A stretch of 34,356 bases of DNA from a virus (lineage: Duplodnaviria > Caudoviricetes), in the IMG/VR virus record IMGVR_UViG_3300025653_000124, positions 1 through 34,356 of that record, one strand, 5' to 3'. Of this stretch, positions 1 to 9,909 are shown piece after piece. Under the pieces are notes generated by a model, which saw nothing but the letters and a program-made list of their open reading frames with translations, ran no database searches and had not been told where the DNA came from. The stretch's first letter is position 1. The number at the start of each line of letters is the position of its first letter. A program made the position numbers and the translations under genes.

Positions 1-390
1 ACTACCCCAGTTGTACTTAGTGAAGCGTACTTTGGTTACACCAGACATTGTAGGCGAACCAGAAGTAGTTACTGCAACCCAAGCCTCTGTAGCTGTATCC
101 CAATAGTGTAAGTAGTCAGAGCCACTAGAAGGTTCACGGCAAGCTAGAATACCATCGTTGATACCATTAGCAACACAAACACCTAGCACTGGTGTATTAG
201 CTTGACCTGTAACTGTACCGTAGTCGTTACTAAACCCGTTGATCTTTCTGTAACCACCTGTAACGGATGGCTCATAGTTAATCAAGGCAATAGCTGATCC
301 TGGTTGAGTCTCACCTTGTGACAACACATCACGACTAGTGTTTAGACCGCCTTGGCAGAATACTTTGAAGGATGCTAAATTGTCTGCCAT
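1..390 (-). CDS. Tail tubular protein B / nozzle, N-terminal part (runs off window)
   Basis: Not in the ORF track. ATG at 390 reads MADNLASFKVFCQGGLNTSRDVLSQGETQPGSAIALINYEPSVTGGYRKING, open to base 1. The GGLN...NYE...GGYR.ING start is typical of podovirus nozzle proteins, and it follows tubular protein A with a 1-nt overlap. Confidence 0.7.
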   Translation of the reverse strand, partial: MADNLASFKVFCQGGLNTSRDVLSQGETQPGSAIALINYEPSVTGGYRKINGFSNDYGTVTGQANTPVLGVCVANGINDGILACREPSSGSDYLHYWDTATEAWVAVTTSGSPTMSGVTKVRFTKYNWGS

Positions 391-1118
391 TATACCGCAC
401 TGTTAAAACTAGAAACACTTGCACGTTCAATTACTGTAGACCGTACATATAGATTATCATCTAATAGTAATCTACGCATTGCCTTAATACCACTTTGGAA
501 GTTTTGTTGGTGAATAGCTGCACTCTGTTCATTACTACGGAATCTCATAATGTACATAACTGCACCATCAATAATTACATGTTTAAACCTATCAGGAATT
601 ATTGTTGTATCATCATAAAGGTTTAGATCACTGGGGTATGTGAAGTACACATATTCTACTTCATATGCAGCGTTAGGTAAAGGGGTAATTCCAAATTTAT
701 TTTCTTGTGTCTGAAATACAACAACAGGAGCACCAATACCGTTTACCTGATCTCCTTCTTCATCACCAACTCTGTAGTTCTGTACATAGTCGTTATAGTT
801 AATTACTTTTAAATGTTTAGGGCTAACACTTAGTCCACTAGTCTTTTTTAGAAAGAACGTATCCCAATCTACTGAACCCATATTAGAAGGAAAAGAATAT
901 GTACCTGTTCCTGCTGTCAGTGTTTGAGTATATGTTGTTTTTAAAAAAGGCCATTCCTGACCGTCTTGTAAGATAAGACGAATACTATTGTTTACTGCAT
1001 CCTTGGCAAGAGCTTGAACGTTACGTACAGTATCAAAGCCATCACCTGCAATATCAAGTGTGACTTCATTTAAACGTCTTAGCACATCATTTACTAGTGT
1101 AATGTATGTAGTTGCCAT
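390..1118 (-). CDS. Tail tubular protein A / head-tail adaptor
   Basis: 242 aa starting TYITLVNDVLRRLNE, typical of adaptor proteins; lies immediately after the major capsid gene. Confidence 0.75.
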   Translation of the reverse strand: MATTYITLVNDVLRRLNEVTLDIAGDGFDTVRNVQALAKDAVNNSIRLILQDGQEWPFLKTTYTQTLTAGTGTYSFPSNMGSVDWDTFFLKKTSGLSVSPKHLKVINYNDYVQNYRVGDEEGDQVNGIGAPVVVFQTQENKFGITPLPNAAYEVEYVYFTYPSDLNLYDDTTIIPDRFKHVIIDGAVMYIMRFRSNEQSAAIHQQNFQSGIKAMRRLLLDDNLYVRSTVIERASVSSFNSAV

Positions 1119-1144
1119 AGAATATCTTTCTTTTAGATATGCGT

Positions 1145-1170
1145 AAGAGGGCCACCGAAGCAGCCCCCTT
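1145..1170 (-). terminator. Stem-loop after capsid gene (cUUCGg loop); terminator or mRNA stabiliser
   Basis: Minus strand AAGGGGGCTGC-TTCG-GTGGCCCTCTT. The U-tract is weak, so read-through into tail genes is likely. Confidence 0.6.
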
Positions 1171-1182
1171 AGTTAGCTATTA

Positions 1183-2253
1183 TTAAGCTAGGTTGTAACG
1201 TGCTGTTACAAGAGCTTCTGGACGCAAGATTTTGCGACCATATAGGTGCATACCACGAACGATGTCAGCGAATGAATCTGGATCACGGTATGTTTCAGTT
1301 TTGTTGATCTGCTCTGCAGTCGCAACCGCTGAGTCATGACCAGCTACGATTACACCGTAGTTAGTTGACTGTGCTGTTGTACCTGTAGTTGCAGGACCAG
1401 TACCAACTGATGGTAGGTTGTTAGAAACGTGTACACGGAAACCATGGAAGTTGTTAAGAACCAAACCGTTTTGTAGGCCAGACCCACCGTAGTCTGCGTT
1501 TAGAAGACGTGAATCTTCGTCACGTAGGATTTCCATCATCTCAGGTGAAATAACAATCCAACGACCTGTTGTAGGAACATTCTGACCATCCATGATACGT
1601 GCCATACGTGACAAGATCATTGCAGGTGAAGCATATGCTGTTGGCAATGCTGTAGCACCTGGTAGACGAGCAGCAACTGGAATAGAGTCACCAGCACTAC
1701 CAACAGTTGTGATGTTACCAAAATCGGTCATGTCCAACTTGTTAGCTGCTAGAAGTTCGTCTGAACCTGCTGCTGAGTTTGCTTTAGTACCGTTAACAGT
1801 TGTGTTAACTGTATCGGCATTTGCATGTAGAGCAGACTGGTCATAACCAGATAGGTAGCCAAGAACTTCTTGGTCATACTGGTCAGCCAAACGATAAGCC
1901 GCACGATCAGACGCCAAGCTTTGGAAATTGACGTGGCTGTGTGCTTCTTCAATGTCGTCAACCTTGAAGGCAAAATAGTTTGCTTGGTCTACGACTAGAG
2001 AGAAATCGTTATCTGTCAAATCTTGTGGTGCGATTGTTGTACCACGTAGGTATGCAGATACTGAAATCTCAGGTTCTTTAATGATTTTAACGGTATCGCC
2101 CATGTTAGCGATTTCACCGAAATAGTCATTATTAGTGATAGCGTCAGTGACAGATGCTTTGCGGAATGCAAGTTGCACCTGTTTGGAATAAATTACAGGC
2201 GAGAAATTGCCATTTGGCAAGTTTGTATAGCCTGATGCGACTCCGAATGCCAT
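1183..2253 (-). CDS. Major capsid protein
   Basis: 356 aa with NFSPVIYSKQVQLAFRK, GEIANMGDTVKI and C-terminal D.FADIVRGMHLYGRKILRPEAL, motifs of marine podovirus MCPs; AAGGAG RBS. Confidence 0.9.
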   Translation of the reverse strand: MAFGVASGYTNLPNGNFSPVIYSKQVQLAFRKASVTDAITNNDYFGEIANMGDTVKIIKEPEISVSAYLRGTTIAPQDLTDNDFSLVVDQANYFAFKVDDIEEAHSHVNFQSLASDRAAYRLADQYDQEVLGYLSGYDQSALHANADTVNTTVNGTKANSAAGSDELLAANKLDMTDFGNITTVGSAGDSIPVAARLPGATALPTAYASPAMILSRMARIMDGQNVPTTGRWIVISPEMMEILRDEDSRLLNADYGGSGLQNGLVLNNFHGFRVHVSNNLPSVGTGPATTGTTAQSTNYGVIVAGHDSAVATAEQINKTETYRDPDSFADIVRGMHLYGRKILRPEALVTARYNLA

Positions 2254-2481
2254 GATAAAACTCCTTTAGCATTTAGATTACAGATGCAAAACTTTATTAC
2301 TTAGTATAGAGGCTAATCGTCTATGGGTGCATATAGATCACAAAATGTAATGATCAGTTACAAAATGTGTTATATGGGCCATACGTATTAGGTAATCCGT
2401 AAAGTCATATTGTTTGCTAAAAAATGTGAAACTGCTACAGTAGTCATATATTGAGGTGTAGCAGTTAAACTATACATATAT

Positions 2482-2510
2482 AGTTATATCATAAATAACT
2501 TATATGTCAA
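2482..2510 (-). promoter_or_regulatory. Sigma70-like promoter for the capsid gene
   Basis: TTGACA-N16-TATAACT followed by ATATAT on the minus strand. Confidence 0.7.
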
Positions 2511-2516
2511 TACTTT

Positions 2517-3389
2517 TTATCGGGCTGAACCAGATAAATCGTAAATAAAGTTACCTGTACGAATAGCTTCCATGATATCGTCAGCATTCTTTTCGTACTC
2601 GGTAGCCGACATCTTTTGGACATCGGATTCTCGGATAGCCCCACTCATTGCGTCTGAGTTCGGCTTACTACGTTCATTCCGTGCTCCCACAGAACGTGCA
2701 GCATCTTTTGCTGTAGCAGACTTTTTAGTTGTAATGTTACGGTCTGCTTTATACAAATCAATTGCTCGTGCAGCAGAACGTGCATCTGCATCATTTTCAT
2801 AAAGAGCATCTTGAACCCACTTAGGTTGTTCTTCTGCCCACTCATGAAAGTCATCACTGTCACGAATAGTACCAAAATCTGGATGCAGCTTTAGAAGTTC
2901 TACTTCTGCTTTCTCACGTGCTGCATTTGCTTTCATTTCGTCGATCTCACGAACACGATCCTCAAGACCTTGTGCTTGTTCTTTTGCTTTTTTAATTGCA
3001 ATAGTTTCGACGATAGCAGCTACATCTGGATACTTAGTTGCCCAAGCTTCAATGTCTTCATCAGACTTTGGTAGTTTAATCTCACTATTAGTTGCCTGAG
3101 TTAGTTGTGTTTCAAGAGCTTTGATACGATCTTCGTATTCTTTTTCTTTTTGTTGTTGGTGTCTACGTAGGTCACCGTAACGTTTCTTAAAACTTTTTTC
3201 CTCAGCATTAGCAGGTTCAGCTTCTTGTGGTTCTTGTTGAACTGCTTCACCTTTTTGTTCAGCAATAAGCTGTTCTAGTTCTTCTTCTTCTTTTTTAATA
3301 CGATCTGCATTTGAGTACTTACGATTGGCAAATGCTACTTTTTTTGGTGCTTCAACCTCTGAAGCCATTACTTCCATGTTCTCTGACAT
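2517..3389 (-). CDS. Capsid scaffolding protein
   Basis: 290-aa acidic coiled-coil with FKKRYGDLRRH and HPDF motifs, directly upstream of the MCP gene. Confidence 0.75.
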   Translation of the reverse strand: MSENMEVMASEVEAPKKVAFANRKYSNADRIKKEEEELEQLIAEQKGEAVQQEPQEAEPANAEEKSFKKRYGDLRRHQQQKEKEYEDRIKALETQLTQATNSEIKLPKSDEDIEAWATKYPDVAAIVETIAIKKAKEQAQGLEDRVREIDEMKANAAREKAEVELLKLHPDFGTIRDSDDFHEWAEEQPKWVQDALYENDADARSAARAIDLYKADRNITTKKSATAKDAARSVGARNERSKPNSDAMSGAIRESDVQKMSATEYEKNADDIMEAIRTGNFIYDLSGSAR

Positions 3390-3473
3390 TTTAGTTTCCT
3401 TACTGGGGCCACCGTAGCCTGTTGGTAGGGGGATGGGTAGGCCAGTCTAATGTAACAAGTTAATGTGTTGTTA

Positions 3474-3866
3474 CTACACAAGTGTGTCAGGTTGATCTTC
3501 TAGTTCTTCCTGTACACGCATTTCTGGAGGTGCTTGTCTAAACATTTGTTCTGTTTGATCTTCAGTTTCTTCTCGTTGCATACGGCCTTCAAGCTCTTTT
3601 ACGGGTTGAACTCCTTCAGGGTTCATTATAGCTTCCTCTGCAAAAAAGTTTATCTGCTTTCCAACTGTTTTTGTAACTTCAGGTCCAAGTATCCTACCGA
3701 TAAGTTGAAATTCTTCAGAACCAAACATATCTAGTAAAGAAACTTTTTCCTTGTCTGTTAAATTATTTATACGATCAACTAAAGTGTTTGTGTACTCATT
3801 AACAGTCATGTCTTCGGCTGACCGCATGGAAGATTCCATACCTCGTACTAGTTCTTCCTCTTCCAT
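3474..3866 (-). CDS. Hypothetical acidic protein
   Basis: ORF track 3474..3881; likely start is MEEEE at 3866, just after the upstream stop, with an AAGGA RBS. Confidence 0.55.
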   Translation of the reverse strand: MEEEELVRGMESSMRSAEDMTVNEYTNTLVDRINNLTDKEKVSLLDMFGSEEFQLIGRILGPEVTKTVGKQINFFAEEAIMNPEGVQPVKELEGRMQREETEDQTEQMFRQAPPEMRVQEELEDQPDTLV

Positions 3867-3867
3867 T

Positions 3868-6009
3868 TTAAGTCCTTTCAATATCTACTAGATCATTACG
3901 TAGCATTTTATATAGTGCAATTGTATATGATGGAATATAGAAAAATAAGAGGCCAGTAAAAGATTTTATGTCTTTTTTGTTTTTAACTCTGGAATCATAA
4001 AAACCATCAGATAACCACTGAATAATTTTATTGTCTACGTGAGGCGCAATAACTGTTTTACCAAATACTGTATAGCCATTGCGCCATAGTTTTGTATCAA
4101 ATTTATCTTCTGGTTTTGCATCCATGCACCACTTGATAAGTTTCATCTTTTTAACTGTAGGCCAGTATCCTTTATTATTAAGTGCCGTAGCTACATAGCA
4201 GCTATAGCCTCCTGTATTTGAGCCTGAATCACTATCAGTATCACTGCCACCATCATTGTCATTATTGGGTACAAACTTAGAAAAAAACTGAAGACCAGAT
4301 GAAGTATTCTTTGATGCCGTACCACTTTCTGATGCACGATGCACACTGCCACCAAAACGTTCCGCTTGATCTCTACTTTGAGCAGACATATTTGCACCAA
4401 TAGCAGCGGCTGCGGATGTATCACCCCGTGCAAGTGCATCTGCATATTGGTTTTGTCTATCCCGATGCGCTGCAATAATTGCATGGTGATTTGCTACTGA
4501 GGCATTGCCATCTCTTACTGCATTGTCGTAAGATTGTTGTTCTTTAAGAGATAGGTTTCCTGAAGACTGTGGCATACCATGTTGATTCATTTGTAGAGCA
4601 CCACTACTGTCTGTTACAGCTTCAAATCCTGTAACCCCACCAGACAAAGTGTTGTCAGCTACATTATGTACAGGTCCACTAGACGCATAATTTTCATAGT
4701 AAGACTGTCTTCCTTCTTCAGTAAAACTATTTTTAATTCCAGAAACTGCAGCCTTTACATCTTCAAATAGTTTATTTCCAAACAATTTAGTATTACGAAG
4801 TTTTCCTGATTCTTCATACTCAGTAAGTTCTTTTTTAACTTCATCAGTTAATTTAGCAGTAGTTTTCCAATCTTCACCAAATCGTTCTGTTAAAGCTGAT
4901 TCTAAATCTCGTTGTTGTTTTAGTCCTGCTGCGGTAGTAAACGCACCTATAAGAGGACTAAAGAATGATCCTACGTTTCCTGCACCAAGAACACGTTTAT
5001 TATCTAGCCATGCACTTACTAGATCATTAGCAGAACCTTTTTGTAAAAGATTTGTTTTTTGAATGCTAAGTTCTTGAGACTCTCTTTGCTGTTGTTTTTG
5101 TTGTAACTCACGAATAGTTTGAGCACCACCATCATCTGTTGTAACTTGTGTAGTTGCTACAGATGTATCATCAGTACCTGTTCCTGTTGTAGTGGTTGTT
5201 CCTGTGTCTGTCTGTGAAGCTTCCCATTCTGTAACAGGAATAAACCCTTCTGGAATAGGACCGTTTACTACTGCCCCATTGTAGAAGTTAAACATTCTAC
5301 GTTCGCCCGTTTCAGGATTAATGTACTCTACACTTGTATATACATCACTTACAGTTGGAACAAATGGTTTATCTTCAGTTGATGCTGTGCTAACTGCAGA
5401 AGTATCAGTACTTGATGCTGGAGTTACAGGGGGTGGAGCTACACCAACAGGTATTTGCCCACTTGAAACAAACTTAGGCACATAGCCACCTGCAGGAGAA
5501 GGTGCAGGAATAGGGGGTGCAACAGAACTAGGTGGTGGAGTATATGCTCCCGTTGTTTGTTGACCTTGATAGATAGAAGGTTGATAACCAGCAATACCTG
5601 TAGAAGGTTTTACAAATGTACCTTCTTGTGCGTACACCATACCACCTTGATACATCTCACGTGGTTCATCTTCCATAGGTTCTGCACCTACAATAATAAG
5701 ATCAGCAGGACCAAATGGAACGTCATCATCTAATGTAGCTTCGTCAGAGTTACCCATTTGACCCATAGCTTCCATTTTCTTTAGGCCAAACTTAGCTTCA
5801 TCACGAAGCTGCATAATTTTTTCTAGTCCATGATAACGTACAACATCAGCAGGTAGAACAAACTCACCTTCACTTAGCATAGCAGGAATGTCATCACGTA
5901 CTTCTTTTTTAGTGCTACCACTAGGAACTTCATTTCCTGATTCTTCGTCTACCATGCCACCTTCATCTTTTAGACCACCGTCTTCAAAGAGTTCCATTTG
6001 TTCTTCCAT
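3868..6009 (-). CDS. Large virion/internal protein with low-complexity linkers and a C-terminal CYVATAL module
   Basis: 713 aa: N-terminal DDIPAMLSEGEFVLPADVV, P/T/S-rich linkers, C-terminal GGYSCYVATAL domain ending in a hydrophobic helix; lies between portal and scaffold genes. Confidence 0.6.
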   Translation of the reverse strand: MEEQMELFEDGGLKDEGGMVDEESGNEVPSGSTKKEVRDDIPAMLSEGEFVLPADVVRYHGLEKIMQLRDEAKFGLKKMEAMGQMGNSDEATLDDDVPFGPADLIIVGAEPMEDEPREMYQGGMVYAQEGTFVKPSTGIAGYQPSIYQGQQTTGAYTPPPSSVAPPIPAPSPAGGYVPKFVSSGQIPVGVAPPPVTPASSTDTSAVSTASTEDKPFVPTVSDVYTSVEYINPETGERRMFNFYNGAVVNGPIPEGFIPVTEWEASQTDTGTTTTTGTGTDDTSVATTQVTTDDGGAQTIRELQQKQQQRESQELSIQKTNLLQKGSANDLVSAWLDNKRVLGAGNVGSFFSPLIGAFTTAAGLKQQRDLESALTERFGEDWKTTAKLTDEVKKELTEYEESGKLRNTKLFGNKLFEDVKAAVSGIKNSFTEEGRQSYYENYASSGPVHNVADNTLSGGVTGFEAVTDSSGALQMNQHGMPQSSGNLSLKEQQSYDNAVRDGNASVANHHAIIAAHRDRQNQYADALARGDTSAAAAIGANMSAQSRDQAERFGGSVHRASESGTASKNTSSGLQFFSKFVPNNDNDGGSDTDSDSGSNTGGYSCYVATALNNKGYWPTVKKMKLIKWCMDAKPEDKFDTKLWRNGYTVFGKTVIAPHVDNKIIQWLSDGFYDSRVKNKKDIKSFTGLLFFYIPSYTIALYKMLRNDLVDIERT

Positions 6010-6019
6010 AGTAATTTCC

Positions 6020-6241
6020 TTACTGAGATTTTAATACTTCGTCACGTAATAACTTTAGTCTACGTAACTGATAGATAGCACCTTGTGCTCTATGAACAGC
6101 AACAACTTCATTTGTTTGTTCCATAACACGATGCTGTTGATTGATTATCATGTCTAAGTAAGCTTCAAACTTAGACCATTGGGCTTGGTTGCTGACCAGC
6201 CCCTTGAGCTTGCTGAGGTGCTCCTTGTCCTGCATTACCAC
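6020..6241 (-). CDS. Small head-assembly protein downstream of portal
   Basis: 73-aa helical protein with a HRAQGAI..LRRLKLLRDEV motif, typical of this gene position. Confidence 0.6.
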   Translation of the reverse strand: MVMQDKEHLSKLKGLVSNQAQWSKFEAYLDMIINQQHRVMEQTNEVVAVHRAQGAIYQLRRLKLLRDEVLKSQ

Positions 6242-8318
6242 TAAATCCTTGTTCTTGTGGTGTCGGTGCTTGTCCTACACCTATAGTTCCACCACCTGCT
6301 CCTGATGTGTCCATTGGGTTTGCACCTGCTGGACCACCTTGTTGAGGTTGTTGTGCTTGCTGTTCTTGCTGGAACTGTTTCATTAGTTCAGCTTGAATTG
6401 CAGCTTCATTCATATTGTTGGTAACTTTTTCGGGGTCAAGATCAAGAGACTTTGCAATCTCACGAATAATGTATTGAAACTTAGCAAACGGCGCAAGTGC
6501 AGGGTTAGATGATACTTGCAAGAATTGCATAAGTCTTTGGCTACGTACTTCGTTAGCCATAAGTGATTCTGTTCCACGTGCCTTAACTTCTAAGTCACCT
6601 TTAATCTCAGGATCAAAGTCAAACTGCATATTAAAGCGGAACAGTCCTTCACCTAGTGGGCGAAGCAGATAGTCGTCTACGTTTTTAATAACATTCTTAA
6701 TAGTACCACTTGCAGCACCCATTAGCATACTAATGCCACTAGCAGTACGGCCTACACCCATGACACCTGTCTGTCCATGTGCAAAGGAAGGGAAGCCAGT
6801 AGATTCATCTGCAAGCACTCGTGCCTTATCAAATAGCTGTAAGTTTTCACCTGCAACATTGGGGAACTTAGTACCGAAGATAGCTTGTCCTGGTGCACCA
6901 CCTTGTCTACGGAATACTTTGCCTGGGTATACTGATAAGTCTTGGCCTGGAACTAGGTTAGTTTCATCTACCTCAATCAAAAGGTTACCAGATAATACAG
7001 CATTGTCAACAGCCATTCGCATGAAACCATTCATCAACGTTTGCGTATCGTCCATATTTTCGGCAATACCTACACCAAAGAATGAGTATGGGTTTAGTTC
7101 ATAAGGTGATGCCATGTAAGGAATACGAGCAGGTTTGAATGGGTTAAGTACCATACGTAGTAGTTTACCATTACAAATCCAAACGTTTGCCTGTAGTTCG
7201 TCTGTATCTTGTAACTCACGAGGAATGTCTACACCTTGATCCATAAGCATTTCAACATCTACCATGCCCCAATATTCTAGGACTTCAAAACGTTCAATGC
7301 CATGCTCTGGTGCATAATCAGAAAGATCGTCTTCCCAATATTCTTTATCGTAGTTTTCGCCCATAGAAATTGCTTCATCAATAACTTGACTACGGAAGTA
7401 TGGACGTTTCTTTAGTGCACGTAGTTGTGAACGTGACATCTTATGACGTTCAATAACATACTGTGCTTCTTCCATGTTGTTAGCATCTGGGTCAGGATAA
7501 AAGTTCCACACAGATACATGGGATACTTGGGGTACTGTTTTAAAGATAGGTGAATACTCACCTGTATCGTCATCCCAGTTAGGATATTCTTTATCTACAG
7601 CAAATGGACCTTTCATTACACCAGTACCAAACAAAGCCATTTCAAATGCTGTACTGCGTAAATGTTTAGACGCTGATGCTTCATCAAGCTGGTCTTGAAT
7701 TTTCTTCTGCATCTTTTTAGCTGCAATCATAGCAGGGCTAAATGTAACAGATGTAGGCGTACCGCCTGTACCTTCTTTAATACCTTCAATAGGCTCTAGC
7801 TTTTCACGTAGTTCAGGGTTAAGTAACTCTTCTAACGTTTTCGCCGTAGCCCCTGCAGGAAGCTCTTTACCGTCACCTTTAAAACCGTAAGGTGATACTG
7901 GATCACTTCTTCGGTCTTCTTGTAACTCTTTAGGAACAGCAGGATCAAAACTGACATTCTCAACAACTCCTTCTGGAAGTTCTGTAGGATCAACTGTAAG
8001 TGGAAAACTATTCTTTGCAAATAGTACATCTACAATCTGACCATAAGCAGCCAGTGTTTTTGTCTTAGTTACTTTAATAAACACACGAGACTTTTCTGCC
8101 TCTGTAAATTGTACCTCTGGGCCATATATGCCACGATAGTTACGATAAGCACGTAGCCAACGTTCTTCATCTTGTCGGCGGTAGTCTTCAGCACGGGCGT
8201 ATCGTTCCATAATAAACGGAATAATCTTAGAAGTATCTGCGTCTTCTTCTACTGAGTTATCTGTGTCCTCAAGGATAACTGCATCATCCTCAATGAATAC
8301 TTCATTATCTTCTGCCAT
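6171..8318 (-). CDS. Portal (head-tail connector) protein
   Basis: 715 aa with GTGVMKGPF, VSVWNFYPDP, FFGVGIAENM and RTASGISML motifs; follows TerL. Confidence 0.88.
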   Translation of the reverse strand: MAEDNEVFIEDDAVILEDTDNSVEEDADTSKIIPFIMERYARAEDYRRQDEERWLRAYRNYRGIYGPEVQFTEAEKSRVFIKVTKTKTLAAYGQIVDVLFAKNSFPLTVDPTELPEGVVENVSFDPAVPKELQEDRRSDPVSPYGFKGDGKELPAGATAKTLEELLNPELREKLEPIEGIKEGTGGTPTSVTFSPAMIAAKKMQKKIQDQLDEASASKHLRSTAFEMALFGTGVMKGPFAVDKEYPNWDDDTGEYSPIFKTVPQVSHVSVWNFYPDPDANNMEEAQYVIERHKMSRSQLRALKKRPYFRSQVIDEAISMGENYDKEYWEDDLSDYAPEHGIERFEVLEYWGMVDVEMLMDQGVDIPRELQDTDELQANVWICNGKLLRMVLNPFKPARIPYMASPYELNPYSFFGVGIAENMDDTQTLMNGFMRMAVDNAVLSGNLLIEVDETNLVPGQDLSVYPGKVFRRQGGAPGQAIFGTKFPNVAGENLQLFDKARVLADESTGFPSFAHGQTGVMGVGRTASGISMLMGAASGTIKNVIKNVDDYLLRPLGEGLFRFNMQFDFDPEIKGDLEVKARGTESLMANEVRSQRLMQFLQVSSNPALAPFAKFQYIIREIAKSLDLDPEKVTNNMNEAAIQAELMKQFQQEQQAQQPQQGGPAGANPMDTSGAGGGTIGVGQAPTPQEQGFSGNAGQGAPQQAQGAGQQPSPMV

Positions 8319-8328
8319 TTATTTTTCC

Positions 8329-9909
8329 TTAATAGCCAAATGTTGAATCTGCCACTCGCATTCCAGATGATCTTGTAGAATGTGGGTCATAGTCAAATAA
8401 ACTAAACCGTGGTCTTGACATTATACCATAACGTAAAGCATCGTACAAGTGGTCTTCTGAGTGTGTATCAATATCTTCTGGATTCTTTTTGTCCAGTGGA
8501 ATTGCTGGTAACTGTGCTACCATATTAGTACAAGTGTTAAAGAATACTAGTCTGGGTTTTTCTGTAAACTCGTCTACCTGTAAACGTCTATGTATTTCGT
8601 TCTTACCTGCTACACGTGAACCTTTAGAACGATCTGATGGACGCCATCTGCATCCTCGACTAATCATCTGTTCAGCAAGACTAGGGCCAGTATCACCACG
8701 CTTATGCCACAAAGAAGAGTCAAGAACTCCATACTTAATGTTTCCGTCTTCTGCTTCTAGCTGAAGCACCATGTCTGCTAAATCAGTAGCTAGAACTTTA
8801 CTGACGTACAATTCTCTATATACGATAAGTTGCTCATCAGGCGCAACGGCAAACCACACGACAGCACTGTAAGAACCATACCCATAATCACATGCTCTAA
8901 ACTTAACCCAATTACTAGGGATGTTAAAAGGCTCAATGACATGTTCATTCCTATCAAACTCTGTGAAGGCTGCACCTTCTTTGATGTCCCAGTCACCCTC
9001 TAACAATTGTCTACGTTGTTGTTCAGGCAACGATAGTAGCATTGCCTCGTAATCACCCTGTTCTGCTAGGTAAGGATTGTCTGAAAGACGTGCAGGTATA
9101 AACCTACGTTTGAACAAAGGCTTTCCTGCCTTTGCGTGTCCTGCAGGATATTTAAGCTCTTCACCTGTTTCAATATCAGTTGCATTAAAAGCCTTTCCAG
9201 AAGGGGCAGGGTCAATAAACATTTTCTTAACCCAATGGTGACCTCTACCCCCTGGGTTGGTAGTTGCCCTCATAAAGATAGGTAAGTCGGGTGCAGTGGA
9301 CCGTAGACGAGATCGCATATAGTTCCATGCAAACGGGGTAGCCCATTGTGTCAACTCGTCAAAGCCTATCCAACTAAAAGCTAGACCTTGGTAACGCAGA
9401 ACGTCATCTTCCCTGTCAAGGTAGGACATCCACAATCGTGCACCAGATGGCGCAGTCCACTGCATCTTTCTTTCTGACCATTTAATTCCAGGCCATATCT
9501 TAGGGTACATTTCTTGAGACTTAAATATAAGTTCCCTAAGTTCTTCTGTAGTATGGCGTAGCAATAGTCCTGAGAAACTAGGATGCCCCATGTAACGTAA
9601 GGGGTCTGCTAACATGGCATAGGATTTACCGCCACCTGCACTGCCGCCATATAATACTTCACGTTCACCTGCAGCAAGAAACTCTGTCTGTGGTCCCTCA
9701 TTAGGTTTAAAGATTACGTTGTGTTGTTCCTCAATTGGAATTTCACTTATAATCTTTGCAGGTTCAGGCTTTGGCCTCGCTGATGTCTTCTTCGTCTGCT
9801 TTTGCTCCGAGCCTTGTGCGTTCAATTTCTTCCGCCTTGGCGATTGCCTTTTTCGCATAGTCTGCCCATCGGCGTAAGCTTGCAGCTTTGTTTTTTCTTC
9901 TTCGCTCAT
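8329..9909 (-). CDS. terL: Terminase large subunit (start uncertain)
   Basis: Walker A YGGSAGGGKS, Walker B IGFDE, motif III ATTNPGG, RNase H-like RACDYGY ... DHLYDALRY. Confidence 0.93.
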   Translation of the reverse strand: MSEEEKTKLQAYADGQTMRKRQSPRRKKLNAQGSEQKQTKKTSARPKPEPAKIISEIPIEEQHNVIFKPNEGPQTEFLAAGEREVLYGGSAGGGKSYAMLADPLRYMGHPSFSGLLLRHTTEELRELIFKSQEMYPKIWPGIKWSERKMQWTAPSGARLWMSYLDREDDVLRYQGLAFSWIGFDELTQWATPFAWNYMRSRLRSTAPDLPIFMRATTNPGGRGHHWVKKMFIDPAPSGKAFNATDIETGEELKYPAGHAKAGKPLFKRRFIPARLSDNPYLAEQGDYEAMLLSLPEQQRRQLLEGDWDIKEGAAFTEFDRNEHVIEPFNIPSNWVKFRACDYGYGSYSAVVWFAVAPDEQLIVYRELYVSKVLATDLADMVLQLEAEDGNIKYGVLDSSLWHKRGDTGPSLAEQMISRGCRWRPSDRSKGSRVAGKNEIHRRLQVDEFTEKPRLVFFNTCTNMVAQLPAIPLDKKNPEDIDTHSEDHLYDALRYGIMSRPRFSLFDYDPHSTRSSGMRVADSTFGY

